This document shows, piece after piece, positions 50,095 through 63,048 of a stretch of 64,000 bases of DNA (its first letter is position 1; every line of letters begins with the position of its first letter). Source of the stretch: Eledone cirrhosa. Taxonomy: Eukaryota. The position numbers and the translations under genes are program-made. The notes under the pieces were generated by a model. It was given only the letters and a program-made list of their open reading frames with translations, did no database searches and was not told where the DNA came from. The stretch covers positions 97,712,001 through 97,776,000 of the forward strand of contig OZ024746.1 of the NCBI GenBank assembly GCA_964016885.1, in the 5' to 3' direction.

Positions 50095-50313
50095 CTTTAG
50101 TATTTAAACTGGCTCTATCCGGCCAGAATTCTCTCATCTCTTTCTGTTTAAACTGGCCATAACCTGCCCCTCATACTTATGTTAAGGTATTGTTCTCGAA
50201 ATAAATGACATCAAAGTTTCATAGATTCAATATTATGTGAAATAATTATGTGAGGTAAAGCCTTTACTGTGAAAATACAATAGTATATATAGAGTAATAT
50301 GAATGCTAAAGGG
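50095..50313. mobile_element. MITE-A
   Basis: Family body; ends AATGCTAAAGGG-TTAA. Confidence 0.8.
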
Positions 50314-51926
50314 TTAAATGATATCTTACTATTGCAGTTTCATGTGGTTGAATGATGTTAAGAGTTAATACAAAAACAAAATGAAATGTCTTCATTTGGT
50401 AAACAGTGAAGTTAGCCCCGTTGGCTTAGAAAAAGAAGAAATGTATATTAATGAAGTTAAATGAGGCTATGATGTTAATATATGGCTACACTTTTGGTTA
50501 TAAATTATATGACAGGTGAAAATATTGTATATGTTAAGTACAATTGTTTCTAATTTAGGCATAAGGTCAGCAATTTTGGAGAGAAGCAAAAGTCCATTAA
50601 ATGAACCTCAGTACTTTACTAATGATTTATTTTATCAATAAACGAAAGATGAGAGACAATGAAGACTTCTGCAGGATTTGAACTCAGAATGTAAAAGGCC
50701 ATAATTAAATACTACAAATGAAGGATGAAAGGCAAAGATGACCTCTGCAGGATTTAAACCCAGAATGTAGAGGTCCATAACTAAATGTTATGAAGTTTTT
50801 GTTCAATGCTCTAATGAGTCCACTAATCTACCTACCACATATAATGGAAAACATTAAACTAATTAAAAACTGTTTCCATAGCTTCATATTATGAATATTG
50901 CCAATCCAGCCTACCTCTACAAATAGCTATCACAAGTATGGACACATTAACTACAAGTGAATTGCTAAAAGCATCATTAGTGATACTAGCAGAAAAACCA
51001 CCCTTCAGGTGGTTTTCTGCTAGCATGTGTAGTGTGTATATTGATATTATACGCAGGTATATATACCTGTAGATATGATACATCAAATAAAATCGTAATT
51101 GACAATATATAATACATAGAAATTGAACGAAGACTACGCTACACTGTCTTATTTAATCAGTAACGTAATCCATGATACATTAAAAAAGACGATATTATAT
51201 ATAAACTGCATTAGGAGAAAATTAGTGACAGAAAATTAGTATGTTTATTTAAGCAATCGCCACTGGAAGTGTTGACATTTCAGAAATTTTAAAGAAGTGA
51301 ATATTTAAATAAATAAAATATATTTAATTAACAGCCACAAAATTTAGGAGATAAATTATGTAATATTCATTCATTATTTATTCAAAGTAATCCAACTTAT
51401 TTTACTAATGGAATAAAAAAAATTATAAACCGTACGCAGTACCGCACTCCTTACTTTATTATAGTTTAGATACAGCATTTCTTGAGGCATTTTAAACCTG
51501 GTAGAGAGCATTCCTCTCCAGGTCTGAATACAGCTGAATTGTGAGTGAGTGAAGAGAGAGAGAGAGAGAGAGTAAACAAGAGAGAGAAAGAGAGAGAGTG
51601 AGAGAGAGTGAGTGAGTGAGAGTGAGTGAGTGAGTGAGAGTGAGTGAGTGAGTGTGAGAGAGTGAGAGAGAGAGAGTGAGAGAGAGAGAAAGGAAGTAAG
51701 ATATAGAGGGAGAATCCACACCAGTACCGGAATAGTAATTTCTTCATCAACTTCAAAAGGATGAGATGTAAAATTGACCTGGGCAGAATTGTGACCTGGG
51801 CAGAATTGTGACCTGGGCAGAATTGTGACCTGGGCAGAGTACAGAAGGCAGGAATACCATGGAGCAGTCTACCAGACATGTGGAAAACTTCTTCAATTCC
51901 CTGCTTACACACTAATACACACACAC

Positions 51927-52116
51927 GTGTATGTGTGTGTGTGGTGTGTGTGTGTGTGTGTGCGTGGTGTGTGTGTGTGGGGGTGGGGGTGCATGTGTTT
52001 GGTGGGTTTGTTGGTGTGTGTGTGTGTATGTGTGTGGTGTGTATGTGTGTGTGCGTGTGTGTGTGTGCGTGTGTGGTGTGTGGTGTGTGTGTGTAGTGTG
52101 TGTGAGCGTGTCTGTG

Positions 52117-52156
<40 letters not shown>

Positions 52157-52157
52157 C

Positions 52158-52220
<63 letters not shown>
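51927..52220. repeat. (GT)n microsatellite
   Basis: Direct inspection. Confidence 0.95.
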
Positions 52221-52224
<4 letters not shown>

Positions 52225-52293
52225 ATTTAATACAAAAGGCTTCTATAGAATTAGAACTGCTTCATTCAAATGAAATCATTCTTTTAGTTGATT

Positions 52294-52545
52294 CTTGGCT
52301 TAGTAGTAAAGGTGCTGCACTTATAATCCTAATGTCATCGGTTCAATTGCTGGACTGGTCACATGCCCTGTCATTGAGCAAAACACCTCATTTTACATTG
52401 CTCCAGTATAATCTGCTTGGGAGTTTAACCCTGTGATGGACAGGTGTCCTGTCCAGGGATATGTCTTGTAATCTCAGTCACTTCATGCCACAGAAACTGA
52501 GATACGCACTGGCTTGATGAACTTCCAGGCTTGAGACAGACTTTA
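52294..52545 (+). mobile_element. tRNA-derived SINE with CORE-like and V-domain-like segments
   Basis: TGGCTTAGTAG and GGTTCAATT boxes; CCCTGTGATGGACAGGTGTCCTGTCCAGGG resembles the V-SINE domain. Confidence 0.55.
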
Positions 52546-52547
52546 TA

Positions 52548-53010
52548 CCTGCTATGGACTGGTGTCCTATCCAGGGGGAGTCTTCTACTCTGTCACTTCA
52601 CACCACAGAAACCTAGAACAAGCACTGGTCTGGTGAACCTCCAGGCTTGAGACAGACTTTATCCCTGCTATGGACTGGTGTCCTATCCAGGGGGAGTCTT
52701 CTACTCTGTCACTTCACACCACAGAAACCTAGAACAATCACTGGTCTGGTGAACCTCCAGGCTTGAGACAGACTTTATCCCTGCTATGGACTGGTGTCCT
52801 ATCCAGGGGGAGTCTTCTACTCTGTCACTTCACACCACAGAAACCTAGAACAAGCACTGGTCTGGTGAACCTCCAGGCTTGAGACAGACTTTATCCCTGC
52901 TATGGACTGGTGTCCTATCCAGGGGGAGTCTTCTACTCTGTCACTTCACACCACAGAAACCTAGAACAAGCACTGGCCTGGTGAACCTCCAGGCTTGAGA
53001 CAGACTTCAG
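52548..53010. repeat. 116-bp tandem array, 4 copies of the SINE 3' half
   Basis: CCTGCTATGG recurs at 52548, 52664, 52780 and 52896. Confidence 0.95.
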
Positions 53011-53627
53011 ACTTTTAATAAATTATAGATGTACACTTTTCCTATTTCTAATCATCATTAAGTGCATCCAATTTATTTCCATGTTTATTTTGTTTGTTAA
53101 AAATTAATTCAGTACCACATATTTATTAAATACAATTTCTCGCTGTTTCATTAATATATATATATATTAATAACTTTCATCAGAAAAACAGCATCAACAC
53201 AGCATCAACAGTAATATACAATAAGTTTGTAGTGTTGACATCAAGATCTTCATGAATAGTTGAATAGTTGAACAAATATTGTGAATTACACGTAAGATTG
53301 CACCACATTAATTTTTACATATTACTGCTGCATATTCAATTAGCTTTCTCTTGGTAAAAATCAATAGATATTATATTCAATTAGTTTTTAATACATTGCT
53401 ACATATGAGGAAATAAAAATTATCTTTTCACAATTATTAAATGTCAATTTAGACTGTTAACAAGGCTAAATGAAGTATTTTGGGAGCATAACTTTAATGT
53501 TTAGTGAAATATGAAAGAGACCATTTCCAGTTATTCCCAGTGAAGCAATTTAATCATCTATATAATGTTTTAAAACTATCTAATAGATAAAATAACTAAA
53601 CAACAGCATGTATATGTTAATAATAAT

Positions 53628-53790
53628 AATTGTTTTTACTTTTGGCACAAGGACAGCAATTACCCCAGTGCATTACTGGTGCTTTATTTTATCGACCCCG
53701 TTTGGATGAAAGGCAAAGTTAACCTTGGCAAGATTTGAACTCAGACCGTAAAGCACCGTAACTCTATACTGCAAAGCATCATGTTGGCAA
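53628..53790 (-). mobile_element. SINE family A (5' eroded)
   Basis: Family core and (ATT)n tail. Confidence 0.8.
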
Positions 53791-54021
53791 AATCCGATTT
53801 ACTTCATTAAAGTGATGTTATATCAAAAATTAGTTCTATTAGTCAGAGAAAAGTAAAAGTATTTGCAATAATGAATATTGTAATCCATGTGAAATATGTT
53901 AAAAGGGTAGTTTTCAGTGATAATATTATGTTTAGATAAGAGAGCCGTGGTGATGTGTCGTTCCTTGTCACCATGTCAAGCTGAGCGTATATATGATTTT
54001 GCTTTTATTATTTCAGTTATT

Positions 54022-54212
54022 GAGGGCGGTGGATTAGCAGTATCAGTAGAGGGTTGGATTCCATGCTTTACAGCAAAGAGTTACGGCCCTTTATGGTCTG
54101 AGTTCAAATCCCGCCGAGGTTAACTTTGCCTTTCATCCTTATGGGGTCGATAAAATAAAGTACCAGTAATACACTGGGATAATTGCTGGCCTTATGCCAA
54201 AAGTAGAAACAA
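54022..54212 (+). mobile_element. SINE family A
   Basis: Full length; TSD TATTTCAGTTATT. Confidence 0.9.
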
Positions 54213-54959
54213 ATATTTCAGTTATTAGGCTGCAGCCATGCTTGGAGCAGCACAATCAGCCCCAGTACTTATTTTATCAAGTCTGGTACTTCAATGATCC
54301 CTTCCTGTTGAACTGCTAGGTAACAGAAGATAAACATAGACACACATGTAAACATATACAAGACATTGGTCACAAGACACTGGTCTACCTAGAAAATATT
54401 TGCCCAAGGTGCCACATAGCAGGAAGGAACCCAACATCACGTGGTTTTGACATGATCTCCTTAACCACACAGCCATGCTGTTCAAAATAACTATACAGCC
54501 ACCACCACCACCCATAGAGAAAAAGCTACCCTTATATCAGCCATGCTATCTAAATATCTTCAATAAAAGTTTGATTTTATTTAACAGTAACGGTAGAGTG
54601 TTGGACAACATGCTTCATGACACAGAGTCACGGCCCTTTACGTCCTGGGTTCAAATGCCACCAAGGTTAGCTTTTCCTTACATGGTTGATAAATAATTCA
54701 CCAGTAATGCACTGGGGGTCGATTTAATCAACTTTGCCCTCTCTTTCAAAGTATTCTTAATACCAGCTCGTTTCAGTTTCTTAAACTCTAAACACTCCTT
54801 TTTTTTTTACACTACATATGCAGTATTAAGGGACATGCTCTGAGTTTAAATCTCTCTGTAGGATTTGAACACAGAACATAAAGGGTTGCAACTAAATACT
54901 GCAAAGCATTTATCTGATGCTCTACTGATGATGCCAATCCACCGCCCCCAATTAAAATA

Positions 54960-55170
54960 ATCATTTCTATTTTAGGCACAAGGCCAGCAATTTTTGGGGG
55001 GGGGTCAATTAAATTGACCCCAGTGTATTACTGGTGCTTTACTCTATCAACCCCTTAAGGATGAGGGCAAAGTTAACCTTGGCAGGATTTGAACTCAGAC
55101 CGTAAAGGACCATAATTATGCTGTAAAGCATGGTGTTCGAAGCTCTACTGATTCTGCCACTGCACCACCT
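54960..55170 (-). mobile_element. SINE family A variant
   Basis: Full length; TSD CAATTA(A/G)AATAAT. Confidence 0.8.
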
Positions 55171-56093
55171 CAATTAGAATAATAAAAGAATATATATATT
55201 CTTTTAATGGAGTTCTTTTTTAGTTCGATCTTTGGCAGCAAGTTGTGTCATTAAGCAAGTCACTTTATTTTATGTGGTCAGACTTCACTTAGCTAATATA
55301 AGTGAGTTGTACTTGAAATTCAAATGACTAGCCTTTTCAGAGATTGTAATATGCTGAATCTCCCTGAGAATTGCATTAAGTGTATATGTGTCTGTGAAAT
55401 GCTCAGCCTTATACATACAAGAGCAGGCTGTCAAATTGATCAAACAACTGGAACACTCTTCATCAGAACTGACAATGGTCAAACAACAACAACATTATTT
55501 TCATGGTCGATACAAAAGCATCCAAATGGTAGGAGCATTGCAGTAACATAAATATGCAAAAGACAGCTGATAGACAGGTTTGAAAGTTTGAGAATATAAA
55601 GTATTATATTAGAGATACAAAAAAAAATAAGACAGATATGTAAATATTTCTAAACATTCCACAATAACTATATGGTAATGAGTTAGATGTCAACTTCAGT
55701 TTGTAGTATTGCAGATTCTGCTTGTACACTTGTGAACAAACAACACAAAATACTGAAATACTTGATGTATGCTTTTAAAAAACATACATTAATAGAATTA
55801 ATTAAAATAAAAACATAAAATTCAATGTGAATTCTGAAAATATAAGTTTTGTAGATATTTTAATTATCAGATGTATTATATAAACCAATGTCTCTAAAAT
55901 ACAAGCAAATTTTAGGTATATTATATCTAAAAATTGTTTTATTTTGTAATCAGTGTAAAATAAAGATATTTAAACTGCTGATTTGGTTTAATCTTTCTGA
56001 TACCAAATCACATAAAATCAACCATGATTTTACATTGTAAACTTTTTAAGTGTTTATATTTATCTAAAACATTCCATCATAATTTTATGTAAG

Positions 56094-57515
56094 ATGGTTA
56101 TGAAAGTGGCAGAAAGGATTTTAGCACAACTAATTAGAGAAAGGGTCAAACTAGATGAGATGCAGTTTGGTTTTGTGCCTGGGAAGAGTACAACAGATGC
56201 CCTCTTCTTGGTGAGACAAATGCAAGAGAGGTTCTTAGAGAAGAATAAGCCACTATACTTAGCCTTTGTTGACCTAGAGAAGGCCTTTGATAGGGTACCC
56301 CGATCTGTCATCTGGTGGTCCCTAAGGAAGCTAGGTGTTGAGGAATGGCTTGTGAGGACAGTGCAAACTTTGTACAGAGGTACTCTCAGTAAAGTCAGGG
56401 TAGGAATGGAGTTTAGTGAGGAATTCCAGATACAAGTAGGAGTACATCAGGGTTCGGTCCTCAGCCCGCTCTTGTTCATTATAGTCCTCCAAGCCATAAC
56501 AGAGGAATTTAAGACTGGCTGTCCATGGGAACTTCTCTATGCTGACGATCTGGCTCTTATAGCAGAATCAGTAGAGGAGCTAGAGAATAAATTCCGGCTA
56601 TGGAAACAGCAGTTGGAAGCAAGAGGACTGAGAGTAAATCTAGCTAAGACAAAAGTGTTGATGAGTAGAAAAGAGGACAAAACCCTGATTCCGTCAGGGA
56701 AATGGCCATGTTCGATATGCAGAAAAGGAACTGGCATAAATTTTATAAAATGCACACAATGCAGGTCCTGGTTACACAAGAGATGTAGCGGGATAGCAGG
56801 CAAACTAACAGGTAGGGAGAAATATGTATGCAGTAGATGTACAGGGAAATTAGACAGTAGAAGTCGCACTGATAGACACATTTTTCAAATGCGAGAGGAC
56901 ACTATAGAAGTGGTGGATAGCTTCCGGTACCTAGGAGATCAGATTAGCATGGGAGGAGGGTGTTCCGAGGCCATAGTATCTAGAATAAGGACGGGTTGGA
57001 AGAAGTTTAGGGAGCTGCTTCCTCTGCTGACTAAGAAGGGTTTCTCCTTGCGTATGAAAGGCCGGTTGTATGATGCCTGTGTGAGGAGCGCGATGCTGCA
57101 TGGTAGTGAGACATGGGCAGCAACCGCAGAGGATATGCGACGGCTGGAGAGAAATGAGGCAAGCATGCTCCGTTGGATGTGCAGTGTAAATGTGCGTGAA
57201 CGACCCAGCATAAATGTGTTGAGAGAGAAACTGTGTCTGAGAGGGATAGAATGTAGTGTACGGGAGAGGAGACTGAGGTGGTATGGACATGTGATGCGCA
57301 TGGAGGATGACCGATGTGTGAAGAAGTGCCAGGAAATGCCAGTTGAAGGAAGACGTGGTAGAGGTAGACCACGAAAAACATGGGTGGAGGTGGTGAGAAC
57401 AGACCTCAGATCATTGAAGCTCACGGTGGAGATGACGAGGGACCGTGATGAGTGGAGAGATGCTGTGCTGAATAAGACCCGTCCCACCCTTGCAAGCAGG
57501 GAAAAGCGGACGTAA
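56094..57515 (+). CDS. RTE reverse transcriptase, partial ORF of 473 aa with embedded PHD finger
   Basis: QFGF, FVDLEKAFD, GVHQGSVLSP, YADD, FRYLG, GSETW, RRLRWYGHV and GRPRKTW motifs. Confidence 0.95.
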   Translation: MVMKVAERILAQLIRERVKLDEMQFGFVPGKSTTDALFLVRQMQERFLEKNKPLYLAFVDLEKAFDRVPRSVIWWSLRKLGVEEWLVRTVQTLYRGTLSKVRVGMEFSEEFQIQVGVHQGSVLSPLLFIIVLQAITEEFKTGCPWELLYADDLALIAESVEELENKFRLWKQQLEARGLRVNLAKTKVLMSRKEDKTLIPSGKWPCSICRKGTGINFIKCTQCRSWLHKRCSGIAGKLTGREKYVCSRCTGKLDSRSRTDRHIFQMREDTIEVVDSFRYLGDQISMGGGCSEAIVSRIRTGWKKFRELLPLLTKKGFSLRMKGRLYDACVRSAMLHGSETWAATAEDMRRLERNEASMLRWMCSVNVRERPSINVLREKLCLRGIECSVRERRLRWYGHVMRMEDDRCVKKCQEMPVEGRRGRGRPRKTWVEVVRTDLRSLKLTVEMTRDRDEWRDAVLNKTRPTLASREKRT

Positions 57516-57516
57516 A

Positions 57517-57547
<31 letters not shown>

Positions 57548-57553
57548 CGATGA
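56094..57553 (+). mobile_element. Young 5'-truncated RTE LINE inserted in MITE-B
   Basis: Uninterrupted ORF and (ATG)n tail; flanks rejoin to MITE-B sequence TGTAAGA..CTTTGTTAAGTTAT (compare 4455-4480). Confidence 0.95.
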
Positions 57554-58540
57554 TGCTTTGTTAAGTTATATTCCAAACACCAGTTCAATAATGAGAAAAT
57601 TCATTTACTAAATTCCTCTAAATTCTTGATTATTTTCAAAATTATTTGAAAATCATAGTGCCTTTCATTAGAAATATGGTAATGAAAACAAAAGCTTTAA
57701 TAATCAATATATTTTTTAACTCTCACAACTGTTTGACTTTTGTAATCATTGGAATACATCAATGAAAAGAGTTTTAAATTAATGATTTGTTTTAAAGAGA
57801 GATATTAGTTGTGGTAGTAAAATATTTCTGAAGTTAAATTGGTACTATAAAATATACTCAGATCAAAGAAAGCTAACTTTATTTTTATATTGAGAATATG
57901 ATAACCTCTCTGATACTGGAACTGCAATAATACATTCTGTAAACTGGTTGGCTTTAGAAAAGACATCCAGTATTAGAAACCAAAAGACTGCGAATTACCA
58001 GAGTTGTTAAGATGTCAGATAGAGTACTTTATGGTATACGTCCCACCTCATTGCATGCTCTCAGTTCAAACTCTGCCATCATCAACTTTGCTTTTCATCC
58101 TTTTGAGATTGATAAAAAATGTACCAGTCCAGTATTGGAGTCGATTCTTCCTTTATAGAAAATATCCACTGTGTTCAGACCTGGAGTGGGTTGAGCTCCG
58201 CCAGACACACCGCATGACGGTGCCTCTACGACTCCACAAGGAATTATGGGATGTTTATCCTATATACTATCCTATCAGAAACCGTGCACAGAAAATGTAG
58301 AGAGAAGTATGGAGTCATGCCAAAGACATGACAACCTGTCCAGTGTTTCTGCCATGAAAGAAATACACCCAGCACACTCTGTAAAGTGGTTGGCTCTATA
58401 AGGAGTGGCATCCAGCCATATAAATTATGCCTAAAATAAAATGTAAGTAGGCAGGATGTGATCACCTTCACCATCTCAGACAAAAGAATCTTCAGTTGCT
58501 TTGTAACAATCCAACCTATGCCAGCATGGAAATGTGAATA

Positions 58541-59682
58541 GATGATGTTGGTGGTGGTGGTGGTGGTGGTGGCGGTGGTGATGGTGGCGGTGGTGATGTT
58601 GGTGGTGGTGTTGGTGGTGGTGATGGTCGTGATGGTGTTGGTGGTGGTGGTGGTGGCGGTGGTGATGTTGGTGGTGGTGATGGTCGTGATGATGTTGGTG
58701 GTGTTGGTGTTGGTGGTGGCGGTGGTGGTGGTGGCGGTGGTGATGTTGGTGGTGGTGTTGGTGGTGGTGATGGTCGTGATGGTGTTGTTAGTGGTGGTGG
58801 TGGTGGTGGTGTTGGTGTTGGTGGTGGTGTTGGTGGCGTTGGTGGCGTTGGTGTTGGTGTTGGTGGTGGTGTTGATGGTGGTGGTGGTAGTGTTGGTGGT
58901 GTTGGTGTTGGTGGTGGTGGTGGTGTTGGTGGTGGTGGTGTTGGTGGTGGTGTTGGTGGCGTTGGTATTGGTGTTGATGGCGTTGGTGGTGGTGTTGATG
59001 GTGTTGGTGGTGGTGTTGTTGGTGTTGGTGGTGTTGGTGGTGGTGGTGTTGGTGTTGGTGGTGGTGGTGTTGGTGTTGGTGGTGGTGGTGTTGGTGTTGG
59101 TGTTGGTGGTGTTGGTGTTGGTGGTGATGGTGATGTTGGTGGTGGTGGTGGTGGCGTTGGTGTTGTTGGTGTTGGTGATGTTGGTGATGGTGATGTTGGT
59201 GGTGGTGTTGGTGGTGGCGTTGGTGTTGGTGATGTTGGTGGTGGTGTTGATAGTGTTGGTGGTGGTGGTGGTGTTGGTGACGTTGGTGTTGGTGATGTTG
59301 GTGGTGGTGTTGATGGTGTTGGTGTTGGTTATGTTGGTGGTGGTGTTGATGGTGGTGGTGGTGGTGTTGGTGGTGGTGGTGGTGGTGTTGGTGGTGATGG
59401 TGTTGGTAGTGGTGTTGATGGTGGTGGTGATGTTGGTGGCGGCGGTGATGGTGGCAGTGGTGGTAGCAGTGATGGTGGTGGTGGTGGCAGTGATGGCGAT
59501 GGTGGTAGTAGTAGTATTAGTAGTGGTGGTGGTGGTGATGGTGGTGGTAATGATGATTATCATGGAGGTGATGATGATGGTGGTGATGATGGTGGTGGTG
59601 ATGATGATGGTGGTGGTGGTGGTGATGATGATGGTGGTGGTGATGATGATGGTGGTGGTGATGATGATTATCATGGTGGTGA
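58541..59682 (+). repeat. (GGT/GTT/GAT)n compound trinucleotide tract, ~1.1 kb
   Basis: Direct inspection. Confidence 0.95.
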
Positions 59683-61259
59683 TTAAGATAAGGATTTTGA
59701 AGAGGTTTTTGAAAAATTAGAAGAAAAAAGTTACTATATATTAGTGATGATGATGTTGAAGATGATGATGCTGATGAGGATGATAATGATGGTGGTGGTG
59801 ATGGTGATGATGATGAGTGTTTTGGTACTTGTTTTCAACAAATATTAAATGGGGTTCTTCAACATGGTTACTAGACTTGCTAGAAATGGCTGTCAGATTT
59901 TTCGCAAAACACATTGTATCATGTTATTAGAAGGAGGACATATTGATTGGATAATTTAGTCCCTGATATGCAAATTGTCAAGATAGTTGCACGTAAAACA
60001 CGTTTTATCCTAGGTCTGCTTCATCAAGTGCTAAACAACAATAAATATCTAATTATTGCAACTAGAGCATCCATACAATGCTTATAATTATAAATCTTGG
60101 AAGTTTTCCAAACATTATTGGAAAACATAAATTCAACCTTTCAAATAAGGATTTCAAAAAGTAAAATAATTATTGCTAAAACAATTCTCTGCATTTCTAA
60201 GTAAAAAGAAAAAAATCTTGGTAAAATATTATTAAAAAGATATGTTCTTTGAAAAACTCAAACAAAATTGATTTTGAAAATATTTTTGCAGGGAGGTAGA
60301 AAGCAATTTGAGTGATAAAATAAATATAATCAACTTCTTTTTTTACAATAGCATATGGCTATTAAGTTAAATTTGATTTAATCTAATAAACTTCTGCAAC
60401 AACAAATAGTAAGTCATAAATTTGAAACTAAAACAAAAAAATTAACCTGTCAAGTATTTAGGAAGAGTTTCGTTCATTCCAACAATTTTATATATGCAAG
60501 CTGCCACTTCTGTGCTAATGGGAAATGATGTTATGCCTTGGAAGAAAGTTTGTCTAATAAGATTTAATACTTTATTAATATTTTTATTTTGAATTTAATA
60601 TTTCTAATGAATAAATAACAAACATTGTTGCAAATGAATATTTTGTTTCCTACTTCAATTCATATTTCCAAACTGCATAAAATAATTACTTCAGTTAATC
60701 CACATTCATGTTTTAAAGCCAGTCAATGACCACAAAGAGAAATCAAGTACATCTTAAATTGTGATTAAAATTGTTTTAGGAAAGCCACCATCATTATCGT
60801 CATTTAACATCCATTTTCAAGCAAGAGTTGGACATGTCATCACAAATTGGTTAGTACTCAAGCAAAGCATCTGACATCCACATGGGATACTGGCATGATG
60901 TATGATCCGGTGCTCTACCAACTGCATTGTATCATGGCATCAACACTAGGAAAGTCATCATGTCTTTGGCATAGCTGAATAGTCTCTTTGTTTGGCAGGT
61001 TTTCTATGGCTGGATGTCTTTACTATCACCAATCACTTTACAGAGCATACTCAACGATTGGTTATCCTGTACATCACCAACACCAGGGAAGTTGTCACAG
61101 CTGAAGAGATCCCCGAAACTTTGTTTAGCCAGAGGAATCCAGCTCACCACTACTGCCAAACTCCATTTTCCTTTTCTTTTACAAAAGGGGCTGTTAAGAC
61201 CAAAATATCATGAAACTAAGATAAATATATAAACCTCTCCTAAGACACTCCTGACTGAC

Positions 61260-61480
61260 TAGTTTATCCTCTCCTTATCACCTATTTTGTCTGTCCCCAC
61301 TCACCAAAAGGCCTTGTGCTCTCTACTATACCCACTCCTTCCTATCCAGAACACTGGCAATTCTTTGGAACTCCTTCCCTACAGATGCCTTTCCTTCCCA
61401 AAGGAAGGAACCTGCAACTGCTCATATAGAACATCAATGGCATTGATGACTCAGATCCTAGAAAACCTATGAAGGCCTCT
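61260..61480 (+). mobile_element. CR1/L2-group LINE 3' remnant
   Basis: HSFLSRTLAILWNSFPTDAFP resembles the SFFPRT..LWNSLP motif. Confidence 0.45.
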
Positions 61481-61860
61481 TACCCCAGACGTACCAAGTA
61501 AAAATAGAAAAAAAGGATGGGAAAGGTTTAAAAACATTTGAGCCTCAAGAAGTAGCTTAACATGAGATTGTAAAGTTAAACCTATTACATAATGTTAGAA
61601 CTTTATAGATTTCTTGTAGAACATACTTTAATATTGATATTTGATAGCTCTAACTTTACAGACTCAAGATGAGCTACTTCTTTATTACCGTGAAAATACA
61701 ATAGTAAATATAAATATTTACTATTGTATTTTCACGGTAACAGTTTTATCTCACATAATATCAAATCTATGAGATTTTGATATTAATTATGGCTTGATAT
61801 TATTTATATGGCTACCTATCTCACAATTTCCCTCCCGCCCACTTCCACTTACCACCATAG

Positions 61861-62198
61861 ACTCACAGTAATACAGAAGACCCCACTTCCCACGGGTACA
61901 AGCCGAAGCTGTATTTCCCCACCCACTCCCACTGTAAAGTAGTGTCACGACAAAAAAGCACCCAGTTCACACTGTGAAATGGACGTGTAGGTGTCACAGT
62001 AAAAAAGCACCCAGTACTCACTGTAAATGAGATTGGTGTTAGGAAGAGCATCTAACTGTAGAAATCAAGCCAAAATCAGTTCTGTATGAGCAAGACATGG
62101 TCGCCTGACCGGGCATTGCCCACAACAGAACAACCCATCTGACCCATGCTAGCGTGGAAGAATGGACATAAAATGGTGATGATGATGATGATGATGAT
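61861..62198 (+). mobile_element. SINE-B2-like element nested in MITE-A (61712-62278)
   Basis: 49-bp repeats, AGGAAGAGCATC domain, RTE-2 tail and (GAT)n. Confidence 0.8.
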
Positions 62199-62764
62199 GG
62201 GCAGCCAGTTACAGCTGGTTTGACCAGAAAGAGGTGAAAGAATTCTGGCCAGATATGGCTGGTTTAAATGCTAAAGGGTTAAAAAGATTTGAGTCTCAAG
62301 AAGTAGCTCATCTTGAGTCTGTAAAGTTAGAGTTATCAAATATCAATATTAAAGTATGTTCTACAAGAAATCTATAAAGTTCTAACATTAATTCTTTATG
62401 AATGCTTCATAACATTCACCAGGAAATAAATATTTTAGTTTACTGAATACATTTTCTAAAAAGCATATAAAGCCTTATATTAAATCTTATCGGTTTTCTT
62501 AAATCCTAAGTTAATAGAAATACATTGGTAAAAATAACTATTTTCCAACTTGAAACGGAACACATTTTGTTTCAAACAAAATACTAATTCAGTCAAAATC
62601 TCCAATCTATGAATTACATTGTATCAAAAAATCATTCAAATAAGTAGATCTAAATTAAACTGTTTGATACCAAACATTCCTAACCCTTCTCTGGTTCTAT
62701 GAATTAAAACCACCCATTTGAAAAGTATTGAAGTATTTAAGACTATTCAACAGAATTTGTAATA

Positions 62765-63048
62765 TAATCGGCTTGTCTCCCCACCGGTGCAGCAGACAGA
62801 ATGGAGAAGGCGTTTCCTCGGAGGACGGCAAGGGAGACGCACTGGAAAAACCACTCCAACTCGTGGGGCTCACACCTGAGGCTGGCCAGCTCAGCGCCTA
62901 TGGTGGTGAGTAGAGAGGTAGCCCTAGGGCCTAGGATACCAGAAGTCTCCACCGCCAAGGGTACAACTGCAAAACTGTCGGAGAGCGACCGGTATTTGAA
63001 GAGTTTGGCCTCCTCAGCCCGACGTGCAACAGAACCTGGGTTAGTATC
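62765..63048 (-). mobile_element. CRE-clade RLE domain fragment fused to a SINE-A 5' half (63046-63167)
   Basis: PGSVARRAEEAKLFKYRSLSDSFAVVPLAVETSGILG...WFFQCVSLAVLRGNAFSIL. Confidence 0.8.

Noticed and set aside
53135-53192. Minus-strand CTGATGA...GAAA
   Set aside because: No UH triplet pairing with A15.1; stem II is only a TA tract
58244-59720. 476-aa Thr/Asn-rich (mucin-like) and 392-aa Val-rich ORFs
   Set aside because: Compound trinucleotide microsatellite; no splice signals or non-repetitive coding flanks; the minus ORF runs into a SINE tail
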